DNA from: Phoronis australis
Lineage: Eukaryota; Animalia; Phoronida
Assembly: GCA_002633005.1 (NCBI GenBank)
Contig: NMRA01000002.1
Span: forward strand, 1,581,023 to 1,645,022
Direction of reading: 5' to 3'
DNA length: 64,000 nucleotides
The first letter of the stretch is position 1. The number at the start of each line of letters is the position of its first letter. Position numbers and translations under genes: made by a program. Shown here piece after piece: positions 39,201 to 51,300 of the stretch. The notes under the pieces were generated by a model, which saw nothing but the letters and a program-made list of their open reading frames with translations, was not told where the DNA came from and ran no database searches.

Positions 39201-40401
39201 CGAGGCTGCGACTTCATCAGCTGTTTCGTTAAGTTGCTCTCAAAATGTCCGACGCGGGCAATATGTAATGTTCATCAAAGTTAGCGTGAAAAAATCCAAT
39301 GTCTTTTCTCCTGATTGTGCGAGAGAAAAAGAAGCGAAGAACCGAAGCATATTGGACGTAGAATTAATTTCTCAAGAATTAGCATTTGGGAACGAAATCA
39401 AGCGCTGGGTTGCAATGCACGACGAGTTGAACGTTTTAGACCAGACTGAAATTTCGAGCTTTGGTAGACAGCCGGTTTACATTCCCCTCCCGCCCGTCTT
39501 CCATTCTGACATTCGTGATTACTTTTGATTGATGTTAAGCGTAAACCTAAAATTGTTGACAAATTGAAATTCTTTGTTCAACTTGAAGAGTCTCAAAAGT
39601 TTTCGAATATTCTTGGCCAGTTGGCGGCATAATTAAACAAAACTTGCTTGTGACTTGATGACCACTAAAATCGAATCGAGTTCAAGTTTGAAATTTCCAG
39701 GTCAGGTGTGCTTTCGGATTTATACGCAAGAATATGATCGTAGGCAACTTGTCTACGGTGACAGAGACGCATCACCTATATCATAAAAATTTGGTGCTCT
39801 GAATGTACACCTTGAAACATCGTATCACCATGACGCCGTCTTGTGTGTTTTGCAATATGTTAAGAAACTGAAAACTATCTGGTTCTTTTGACGTTCTTGA
39901 CTTTACTAATCAATAAACACTGCGAGGTTATGTTTTTTGTACGGATTGAACTTCATTTTTCTCCACCTGATTAAGGTAGTTTTCACGCGAGTCAATTTAA
40001 ATTAACCACGCGAGAAAGCGTTTAGTGGCTTCGGCTAGTGCGCCGACCCTCCCTACCTCAAGCTGTCAACAGAGAATGGATATTATAAATAATAATGAAT
40101 TTAGTCATTTTGTGTTATGTTACTGTTGTTACACTCAATCATTGGGGATGTGATATGGAAACGTAGCACGATAAAGAGTATTTCACGTCTCTAAGAATTA
40201 GTGGTAATAGAGCAGAGTGCTGAGTTCTTATCACTTGGAGAAAAATGTTTCCCCCCTCACCATATCCTAGATCCGTCTATAAATTCCACCCGTTTGTTCA
40301 ATAAATACCGTTATTTCTTTGCAGATTGGCAAGAAACAACTCATAACAGGCGCGACGAAGACGCAGAGGACGATGAGGAACTAGGACTTTTACTAAGCTG
40401 A
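27268..40401 (+). CDS. Uncharacterised protein of about 174 aa: ParB/sulfiredoxin-like N-terminal domain plus acidic C-terminal tail
   Basis: Exons 27268-27571 (donor gtaatt), 31987-32130 (cag/gtaaat) and 40325-40401 (cag..TGA); both introns are phase 1 and the join stays in frame. Exon 1 is globular-looking (PSNIHF..PVIQVV..GQYFAINNSKL..LETQGKC.KV); exons 2-3 are D/E/S-rich. Extra exons cannot be excluded. Confidence 0.7.
27945..28310 (-). mobile_element. Degenerate tRNA-derived SINE-like element
   Basis: On the - strand: A-box-like tggcctttagcg, B-box-like gaggtcgcggcatcgggtcc, and a tail ..gtggcgttaggaaagacataacaaac. Boundaries approximate. Confidence 0.35.
30583..30760 (+). mobile_element. 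5' end of a HINE/DINE-like element with (CCGT)n microsatellite
   Basis: T-run, then palindrome atgccctcatatatgtgagcgcat, then gatgccgtca (as at 35913), then a (ccgt/ccat)n tract at about 30626-30713. Confidence 0.7.
30860..31045 (-). mobile_element. Penelope-like retroelement fragment (GIY-YIG endonuclease), frameshifted
   Basis: - strand translation RNIKFHKPFNTIQSILPSVKD / (frameshift) CGVIYEYKCGECTDKYIGETGHQVLTRAKVH matches the Penelope-type GIY-YIG pattern GV(I/V)Y..C..C...YIG.T......R...H. Confidence 0.85.
34182..34591. mobile_element. MITE-like element with caccgt..acggtg ends and repeated ctctaataga motifs
   Basis: Imperfect TIRs caccgtgtatctaatttaatag / ctattagaagttttacggtg; internal repeats of ctctaataga. 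Confidence 0.5.
35908..38527 (+). mobile_element. Helentron-associated interspersed element (HINE/DINE-1-like), interrupted by a nested insertion
   Basis: Perfect 11-bp subterminal inverted repeats atgcgcccacg (35913) / cgtgggcgcat (38492), a 5' palindrome, a 3' hairpin caacgc-tcc-gcgttg, T-rich ends and internal degenerate tandem subunits. Confidence 0.8.
35996..37700 (+). mobile_element. Decayed TIR DNA transposon with THAP-domain remnant and AT target duplication (ISL2EU/Harbinger-related by inference)
   Basis: AT[agaccctattcacgc...gcgtgaattgggtct]AT; 36051-36181 translates as SCTPRCSNS*..QLS / FTIPKDVGIRKSWVLAIRRD, a THAP pattern with a stop and a frameshift. Confidence 0.8.
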
Positions 40402-43400
40402 CCACGGCCACCATCTAACTCTTACTGTTTGTCAGTGCATGTCTATAGACGAAGCATTTTTTTTGTTTTTTGCTGGACCCGGGTTTGACGTGTTAGATAG
40501 CTAAAAATCTAATTGAATCGAATCTTTTGTAAGTTTATTTGAATTTTATCCGTCTTATTCGTCAAAATCGGGCCAAGCAACTTCAAACGTTCATTGCGCT
40601 CAACGTGTCTCCCAATTGGTGCATATTTTATCACTTGCAAGTATACACGACATTTGCCCAACGATGTTTTCTGCTGTGAAACAAACCGGGAAAACAAAAA
40701 AACAAGACACGACCCCTGAACATTTGGAGGGATTCTTGAGTGTTTGTGCGCCACCTGTAGTGAGAAGGACGGAAAATTTGCAAGCAACACAGTTTCGCTT
40801 AAGTATGGAGAACAGACGACCTTCAGTGCGTTTGCATGAACTGTAAAGATTCAAATGGAGTATAGTAATTGCAAGTATTCAGACACACCCAAGAATAATG
40901 CGTTTTTAAGGACAAGTTCTGCTCGAGTCCACCTCTTGACGCAGGCGACTATCCTTGTATACATGCATGACTTAAACTAAGTGTTAATTGGTTTATCTGT
41001 TGTCTAGTCTTGCTACTTTTCCGTTTAATAGTTTTGTACATATGTTAGAAAAGAAATGCATTACTATTACATTTCTGGTTAGGTCGAATCCACGTCAACG
41101 CTGGTCTACTATTTTGCAAGAAATAAATCGAAATTCTATTAAATAATATTTTAAAAATTTGTTTCATGGTTTTGCTGAAGTATTTCATATTTAGGGACAT
41201 GTGGATATAAGCTCATCTAAATTTATATATAGGCGCATGAGTAATTAATATAGACTAACTCGGTAAAAGGAAAATTACGCGAAAACGCGAATGAAATAAG
41301 AACTTTCGTGGTCACGTTTTACTTCCGACGGAAGTGTCGGCAGCGAAAGTGTATAGACGAACTTTTCTGGATTACGAATTCAGCAAATATTACACAATTG
41401 TTACATGGTGGTTTTGAAAAAAATACTTCGCTGAGAATATTCGTATAGCGTCTTAGGATTTCCACCGAAGACTATAAAATAAGAATGGATCTGCCCTAAG
41501 GCTTCGGAAAGAATGGTGTGTTGCTGTTTCGATTTTAAAATTATTTATAAGGAAATCTACCTGATAGGAAGCATTTTAGTTAAGGTTGTTGAAAAGAAGT
41601 ATATTTGAACAAATAATTGAGGAAGCAAATTGTTACTAATATAGATATTTAATTAGGCAATGTCGTGCAAAATTTCCGAATGAGCGCGGAAATCAAGAAG
41701 TCTGGGTCGTTTCGTCTTTTATTCTAGTCCGTCATACTTTATCCGATAATTTTCAAATACGTTTCCTGATATTGTCTTCCAACTGTAGTAGCACTTTTTT
41801 CATTTTCTAATAATCCAAATACAAACTTTATTTCAAACAAGTCCGCTGCACCCGGCTTATTGATGTTATGTAGTGCCTCAGATAAATATCCAAATTTGGC
41901 AAATTTGGGAACATGGAATCTCAGAAATGGCAGCACAGGGGATTCACATGTAACTTTCAGCATAGATTATAGACAACTATAGTCTATGATTTCAGGTAGT
42001 GCTTTATGAACTGTCATCCAAAAATGTGACTGAAAAAAACAAAAAGTTGTACAAAATTAAAATGAAACGATAGTTGGAAACATGTAACAACGTTTAGGAC
42101 ATTTTATCTTGAACATTTATATGAAACGAAATTTGATCATGTTATCGATAACCTACTTTTGGTTTGATATTAATGTACCTTTTTGCTAAATTTTACTAAA
42201 AAGACAGGATCACATGACCTAATTAATGACCAATTAATATTAAGTCAAAAATAAAACTCTACAGGCTCTCTGCTCTCAGAAATACTTTGAGTTTTAATCT
42301 TTAGTTTTGTACAAACTTGTGGATAAAGTCCTATATCGCGCACATTGCTCTCAACAATGTTTGCCGACTCCGGGTTTACGAGGAAATAGCTTTCGATTCT
42401 GGCGTAATGCGGCCTGTCGTTTTGTTAATGTTACATTTAGCACAGGATACATCTACTTTACAGCTCGCTCTCGCTGCCAAACTGCACGTATCACCAATAA
42501 AGTGCATTCATGAAATGCCTATTTGGTTTCAATTCACGCAGATGCCTTTTCCGTGCGTAAGAACGTATTCCTGTTTGACAGAGAATCGATACGAAGCTGT
42601 AACATACGACAGGACACAGAGATTACTAACTCAAACACGATAGGACTAGTTGTCCACACAGGGGGTACTTCCAAAGAGATACACTGGACATGCCGCTCAG
42701 AAGAACGACATTATTACTACCAGTTTCTTTACTACACGGTTCTTCTTCTAACAAAATTTCCCTGCGAGGTCGAAACTCCACAAATTATTTTTTTCATCCA
42801 AACAAATCTACACTAGATTTTTTAAAAATACTATTAGGAATGTCTTCCTAATATTGTTTCTATTTCTAAAACTTGAGTGCAAAAGATGTACTCATTGTTG
42901 ATAACATTTCTTCTTGCTCAGTTTCAGATTTACAATAGATTTAAAAAATCAATTGCTCAAGATTTCCTTCGACCGTTATGTCACGGAATTAACCCCTTCA
43001 AAAAGACGGCGTGTTTGAAAACAAAACCCTATGAAAGCGTAACCTTTTCGTAGACGCCTCCTACAGATGTTTCTAGTCCACCTTCTAATTTTCCAGTTGA
43101 AACCTTCATAAAAAGACAGTCAATTCGATTGACCCCCCGCCTGAAGAACTGAGAGGACAGGAAATTCTTTGATGAGAAATTGGTTGTTACGAGCGACAAA
43201 TGGGAATAGAAATTGATTTAATAAGGAGTTGCATTCACAAAATTAAACATCATTTTCCCCAATCGTTTTTATTTATCGACAGAGGGTACAAAAGATATCA
43301 AAGTGCCCAATCACGTTTTGCGAAATGTCACCATGATAAAAGAGTTTTGTGAACATGACACTAGCCGTTTTCGAACAAATTCCCCCATGTACTTTTTGAT

Positions 43401-44392
43401 CTGTGTGGTCAAAGTAATATTTTTGAAGCGATGAATCTCTTTTTCATAGCTGTTGTGAAGCAGCCCCAGTCCGACTAGTTTCTCGTGTCACCGAGACTGT
43501 TGATCATTGGGTAAACAAATCTGCATACCCATCAAGGACAACAACAAGTTCACGTGAAAGGCAAAAAACCCTATCAAAAACGCTGCCGAAAACGCTACCA
43601 TTTTAGCCAGACAGACGAGCTGTCAACGAAGGGGTAATTTTCGAAGCTGTCGTTTTAGTGAGCACGCGAACCGGGTATAACCAAAACTATAATGGCAAAC
43701 TATGTTTTTTCGCTGTTGCTGATGTGACAGCCGTAAATCGGGTGCGTTGTTTTCGCAGATTGTTTTGAGTTAACCACAAGTGTTGTCGATGTAATAGTTG
43801 CACAACAAGATTAATTTACTTGGAAACACAGAGACAATTGTATGTCGGCTCAGGACTAAATCTCATTGACGCGAGACAACGAAATACTAATCTTCAGCAG
43901 CAGACCAAAGTTTTAGGTCATGACGGCGGACTCTAATGCTGTTACCATGACAACATTTCCGGAGTCGTGGGTTCCGGTGAAGGTAATGAAAACGAACAGG
44001 ATATAGCGTACGACTTTCTTTGAAGCAGTGTCTCTCCGTTGTTTGGCTGTCAATGTTGATATTTAACCGTGCTGTAAAGCTTGAAACCACGCTCATCCGA
44101 TCTTGAATTTTTGTCAAGTTAGTCGGCATCTCAAGTAAAAAATAAAGGCAATGCGTACACGCGTAATGAAAATTCGTACCTGGCGGCAGTTAAACCTGCA
44201 TAAAAAACTTACGTGAGACATTGTTTCGACTCGATCGAAGTTTAATTTTTTCCTTCACATAAATTTAGAAGTTGGTCCAAGGCGCGTGCACGAGGGACTA
44301 TTTTCCATTTCAACAATCTGTTCGCAGCCACGGACGTTTTCTTGTCAAGGTTGCAACTGTTTTGATCAGGTGACATATAATTTACACATTCT

Positions 44393-44481
44393 CATGAGCG
44401 GCACACAATAGGGGGCTGGTGGGGNGTTGGAGGGGGTTGGTGTTATAGCTTCCCACTTTTTTCAGTGCTTCGCCGCCCATG
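44393..44481. mobile_element. CATG-terminated MITE of the CATGGG family, monomer form, 5-bp TSD ATTCT
   Basis: attct[catgagcggc...cgccgcccatg]attct. Confidence 0.85.
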
Positions 44482-47400
44482 ATTCTAGAGGACTAAGAAC
44501 TGAGAGAGAAAAAATAGTTTTGACGGTGTATACATATCCAATCAATTTCTCGCATACAACTCGATCCATACATATTATTTAGTAAATTGGTTGAGCAGCT
44601 AGTTATAATTGTTCCATCGCCTCTGTACTGGGCAACTTGTGTTGCCTAAGGCACAGGCAGTGACGAACACGTGCAATTGTAAATTTGGGGTTGGCCAACC
44701 GCAATAAACACTGAAAGTGTTTTCTTGAGTCGCTGATGTTCTGATTGGTCCATAGTGGTCTAATAACGGCCAGGAATATAACTTTAGGATTGGTTACAAT
44801 GTTATTGTCATTGTATTACGAGACTGATTATAAAAGCCCTCATTCGATTTTCGGCCAAACAGGACGAAATGCAACTGTAAACGCATTGTTTATCGTGACA
44901 CGATAAAAATCGATAGCCCCACACACTTAGCTAATTACTGAGTCCACCATACTTAGGATTAGTCAACAGTTGACCATTACTATATGGCAGCGCAAAGTAT
45001 ATACCGAGTTCATTATGTCACACAACACACCGACCCCTTCTTGCGAACTGTAAAGATGTATAAACGGATTTAGTCGTTGTTTGCACATCAAAGACGGTAC
45101 GCTAGTTAAAGAACGTCTTCAGTGGCGGGTTCCAGGGGGAGCGAGGGGCAAGGGGACTGTGCCCCCCTTAAAATTTTCCCAGATTCCATTTGGTGGTTCG
45201 GGGGTGCGAATGTCTTGACAGTCAATATCCTGGCTAATACTCTGCCCTGGCCACCCCTAACTCAAAATCCTGGATCTGGCTCGTCTTAGTTCTACATTAG
45301 TTTTACAAACACCAGTTCATAACAAGTGGTTCAGGTTGACCGTTGAGCGTGCACACAATCTGAGAAAGAATTTTAATAAGTTGCTATGTTTCCGTTCATT
45401 TCTTGTGTCTAAAACTGCTCTCGGAGTCTCGTGCCTATACGACCGTCATACCAGAAGACACACGACCAATGATAAAATGACCAGTCAGTGAGCACAGGTA
45501 TGCAACAGACGATAGTTGGTCGCTATTTGACTGTCGTTTTAGCAGACTCTTTGAAATTGGAATAATAAAGCAAACAAGTATATTATGTAATTCATGAGGA
45601 AAAAGAAAACACTGAACCAGGTAAAGTTTTCGATTTAACAAAAATTCCGACTTGCTCTTTGACACTCGCCTCCTAGTGCGATTTTATGTAATTAACCATA
45701 ACAGGAAGACGTCATTTTCAGAGATATGAAATTAGACAAGATGTAATATTCTTTGTACTCCTTTATTTCCTGTTACCGTGGTAACAACTTTGACACAATA
45801 TTAATTAGAACTGGCAGAAGCTTCATTTTCGTAAGGCAGAGTTACAAATATATAAAAATTTGAAGTAAGATTATAATAAATTGTAAATCTTCATTCAGAA
45901 TAAATTCAATGCACAAGCATCAACACTGCAGCAAAAATTATGTAAAGATAAAAGCAATTGCCAATAAATTATCAAATTTCTTTAAATCCATTCATAGAAG
46001 AAGGCTATTGAAACTACAATAATGCTATGGAAATTCCAATTAAAACAATCAACTATTCTAGATTTCCAGTCTCCACAATTCTTTCAGACTACTTTTACAA
46101 CAAGTTCCTGCAAAACATAACAATAATTCTGGGCAGTGCTTTAGCAACACCCAATTACATGAAACATAAACCACCAACCCTAAAGCACAGAGAGATTGTC
46201 AACTTCCACAGATCTGAAATTGGCACCAAAGCCCAAATGAGGCAACGTCACAGCTATAATGCAGCAAAATGGGATGGTAATTACTTCTCCATCATCAGTC
46301 CTCATTAGCTAACTGGAGTTTATGACACTGCAAACGGTCAACACACAGAAAAACTGACACAAACATGGCCTGCCATTCTAACTGCATGGCACAAGGGAGA
46401 CATTGCACCCAATGTAACATGCCAAGTGCATTAACACTTAAAAATGTTGATATAATCAAGGTGAATGATGGACAGTCTAATCACGTGTATTATAGAAATG
46501 TGTGGCTACACAAACTTACTTGATAAATGAAAAAACTAGCTAAAGGGCTATTTTTCATTAAAAAACATGTTAACGTTCGAGAAAGCATCCTTCAGCCATT
46601 CATTTTGGAGCAAGAAACTGGTATCAAAAACCTTTCCAGAAGAAAATTAGGTTCCCATCAAACTTTCTTGATAAAGAAACATGATAAACTTGCAAGAGAA
46701 AAAACATAATGGAAAGAAAAACACATTAAATTTTAAAACTCGAACTTCTTAATGTTGGTAAAACTGGCTAAATTGCCCAACTTCTGGCAGAGTAAGAACT
46801 CACAAACATAAAGAAATCAAAACAAAAATATCACCAAGTAAATCATGCGTGCCTGCAGTAACTAAACGGGATACAAAACACATAGGCAGATAACACTTGG
46901 CATGTTTAGTTTCCATAGACACTGACATTTTGAATACTATGGTGATTTTGATCCATTGATTTTTTTCTACAGTGGAAAAAAGTACATAACGCATGTGCTC
47001 TTTCAAAAGTCCATGCACAGTCTGATAGCAAAAACTTGATTAGAGAATAATGAATAAGATAAAGATAAAACTGAAACTAGGTGAAGGCGTTAACTTGCAT
47101 TACATCATGACACCAGCTCTTTTTTGCAAGTTTCACTGAAAATTTGGTTCAGTGCAGTTTCCTTTTGGTATTAGCAGCTTATCACTTGAAAGTACAGTGG
47201 AAGATATGATCAAATGATAACAGTAGATAATCCAATCTGATGGCAATAAGAATGTGCAAAAAAGCTTGGTTACATTTGAAAGATATTAATGCTAAGTCAT
47301 GCTAAATCATGTTATATCAAAACAACATTACACTTGATAGCGTAGTGTTGATGAAGACCTCTATGTGCACAGAAACAAGTAACAAAACAGAATTATGTAA

Positions 47401-48315
47401 ATCGAGACAACTGTGATAAGCCAGAACTTCAACACATCAATAACACGACTCCCTAGTACAACAACACAGAGTTATTCATGATTTCTAAATCAGAAGCAAC
47501 ATCGTTACCAAGCGTCATGGATGAAAACTCTTAAGCACCACACTTTACAAAGAGAAGGGTCAAGATTCACACACAAAAGCAATATGCGCACTCAACTAGC
47601 TATGTAATCGAGTTTGTGTATCTCATTCACTGACCCCGTCACTAAGATAATTACATTACCTGCACTAATTAAAATAGCACAAGTTTTAGTTTTGAAATCG
47701 GAGGTCATTTGCAACATTATATTTTAATTCATGGAGAAAAATAATGGGACCTTTTGATTTTGGATATTATTAAACATGATTATAATTATATAAAGGGAAA
47801 ACTAATTGATGCAAGTTCTTTAATACATTTATCTAAGCAGATCAAAACCAATTACCCTGTCCAAGTAATCTGAGCATGGCCTTAACAATAGTTAATTGAT
47901 CTCTGAGATGCATCATGGGTAATTAGGTGTGAATGGTAATCTGAAATTTACCAGCAATGGGTGTTGAATGATGCTTCTAAAAAACACATTTTTCTAAATC
48001 AGGCTGTAATAAAGATATTAATTCACGTGCACTGTGATGTTTTTATACTTATCTTCTCAAAATACTGTAAAACATCTAAACAAATTACTAGTATCTCACT
48101 TGAAGTATAAAGAAACTCCAAACATATAATGGTAAAGAGTACTCCTAGCACCGCCTATTGGCTGTCAGGAATGATTGAAATGAGCGGTGGGATGTCAATG
48201 TGAAACTTAACAATACTACAAACAATGAGTGAACAACAGACAACAAGGTGCTTGCACCAAACATTCTGTGTGAAATGAGAGTGCTTTTCCATGGCAACTA
48301 CTAGAAAGTAGCTCA

Positions 48316-51300
48316 TCAGAGTTCATCTTTGTTCTCTGTGGAAGGTTTTGACTTAAGTTCAGAATCTGTAAACAAAACATTATGAATTACATACTTAATA
48401 TAATACAACTAGGCTACAGGAAATAAGTGAATTAAGAACAAACATTATCTATTAACGGAATATTTTCTTTGATACTACCCAAACAACTGATTTTTTGTTA
48501 GTTTTCAAAGCTAAGGCATAAACTTGCCTTAAATCACAAAAAACAAGTGAACTTGATTAAGAACACTCACTGTTATAAAATTGACATCAAACTATTCCTT
48601 AGTCAAATTAGAGGTGACTTCAGGGCTTTGAAGGAACTGAGAATTCTATATTGATTGACAGCAGGGTCTATATTGATTGACAGCAGGGTCTATAAGTTGG
48701 CATGTCACGGTAAGTAACTTAACGTTACCAGTACGATCTCAAGGAATAACAAATTGCCACCTTCTTGAGGCCCAGAAATTATTTCGCATCTCAGTATGGA
48801 ACATGATGAGACCACTATTATATCGATAAATGTTCTAGATAAAAAGTTCATTTCTTCGATGGAATGTGGGTTTAAACTAAACATTCAACACCTTGTTGTT
48901 ACTACCTCCATCATAAAAGTTCAACATTTTGAGTTAATTTGGGAAATGAATGTTTCTCGAATAATATCATAATGTACCTGAATTTTCATTAGCCATTGTG
49001 TATGGCAAGCTCATTTTTAAAATTGAACTGTACTAAAGCATCTTATTGTAGCAGGCTTCTTAAACTGGCTATATGCCTATGTTCCGACCAAGACGCAAAC
49101 TTTTTTACCATTACAAAATTTGTGTCGACCTGTTCCTTCTTCAGGTGAGAGATTACTTCACAAAAAACGACAGATCATTATTGCTTGAGACCATGTTCGG
49201 TACATAAAACAGCACGCCGTGGCAAGCTGACTTATACATCTTGATCTCAAGCTATAAAGAACTGTAATCACACCGAGTTTTGACTTGGGAACAATTTGAG
49301 ACCAATTCCGTAATCCTAACTGGTACAAATCAAAAGTAGTGTTGTTTCTGTGATAGAAGACAGGCTTATTGACGCTTCAAATAACAGTGACGATGATGGT
49401 GGTAATGACAATATATCGTAATACTGTATCTGCCTAATCACCACCCCAAGACCCCTTTTAAGATTTTGAAAATAGGTGCCTGCCCCATGAATGTGTACGT
49501 TTATATGCACCGAAGACACCCTCAACACACACAAATGCGAACAGAGTTAGTGATGACCACTGACCTTTAACTTCAAAACAAAACTGTCATGTGACAATGA
49601 CACATGTTAATCCAGAGATTTTTTGTGTAGCAAGTGCAACTCTGGAGAAGCTTTAAATTTGTCAGAGGACAGTCTTTAGAAAAGATAAGTTAAGATTCCA
49701 GGTACTTTTATTGAGTTAAATCTGTATTTTTATTCAAGATACAATTCTGCTATCAACAGGCAGTGACTCATCAACACACTCTGCCTGAGATTTCAGCGCA
49801 GTTTTCAACTTGCTGAAATTTAACAACAAATACTGCGGCGCAACAATTTTGTAAAACACCTGGTTTCGACAGCCTTAGGTTGCAAATAAGCGACCCACAT
49901 CAAACAAATGTTTCTAAGCACCTGGGTGCTTATCAAAGCGAATACGGTTATTATGATACTGATCCTAATAATTTATCATAGTAATAAGCAACAAAAAATT
50001 ATAACATTAATTGCATCATCCTTACCAGATTCTGACTCTTGATCACTCTCTCCGTCATCCCCTTTCTCTGCCATCTTCTTCATCTTCTTCGTCTTCTTGC
50101 TCTTCTTCTTCTTTTTCTCCTTCTTCTCATCATCTTCGTCATCGTCCTCATCTTTTTTCGGCACAAACTTTTCAGCCAGGCATCCTACAGTAATGATAAT
50201 ACCACAATATTTACTGTAACTGATTTCAACTCAAACAAAGGAAGAGAATGCAATGACATTACTTTGGAAGAACAAATTCATCTGAAAAGAAAGTTGAAGT
50301 TTTTAACACCAGAATACAGTCTTTAGCAGCTTTAAAACAACCACTTTTTTCTAAATGCTTTATTTCCACATTTTCATTTTTAAACATAGGACAACATCAA
50401 ATTTTAAGTCACACCTATTTTGTTTTGTGCAAGTAGCCAGATCTGCAATGTTGAAATTCTGTTGGAGATAAGAATGTTCCCCATACTGATTTTTGCCCAT
50501 AAATATAGCAACCCTTCTATTGTCAGCAACAATGAAATGACTTAAAAATTTTTTGATGAGAATCTTCAGATTCAACTGAAGTTGATGACGACCAGTGTTG
50601 TCCATAAACAAAAAAATCAAACACGTCCTAATCAATCTTTTTGCTAATCACAGAAACCGTTACAAAATATTTTCGCGTTTGTCTTGTAAAGCAGGCAGAA
50701 CTCGTGATCTTCAAATACGAGTCAAGATGTATAAAAATGGTGCAGAAATTTTCAAAGAAGGTGCAGAACTGTGTTTCAATGTGCTTATGGAGAACACTGA
50801 CAACTAGAACCCCCTGTAGAAACAGGTAAAAACACTTTAAAAACTGGTAAAAGCCTATATGGATGCATCTCTTCCTCAGGTGTAAAGACAAGTGGCACAT
50901 TCATTAACGCATGAAAGCTAGAGTTTTTTAATATTTACTTTTACCAGATTTTAACATGTTTTTACCTGCTTCTACAATGTCAAATTTTATTTGGTTTCGG
51001 CATATGTCATTTTTAAATTACAATCTCCTGAATGGACATAACAAGCTGGCTTACATAACATTACATAATAGTGTTATGTAACTGACAAGATAATGAAGAT
51101 CCTTCCTCAATCATTAACATGGCTGATCCTGTTTCACCTTCACCAGTGTTAAAAGTAAAGCATGTCAGCCTTTCCAATAATGCACTACATGAAAATCTCA
51201 TCAATTTTGTACAAAAATAACCAACATGCTGGGACTTCATCCAGGAAGCGCTACGACACGTTTCATTGACCAGCACCCCAGTAATGACGTGTGGGGTGCG

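Noticed and set aside
38386-39528. ORFs of 154 aa and 86 aa
   Set aside because: The first starts inside the HINE end; neither has recognisable domains or clear splice context.
43941-43954. RFX X-box-like gttaccatgacaac (another near 45772)
   Set aside because: No linked gene start is identifiable nearby, and such motifs are common in repeats.
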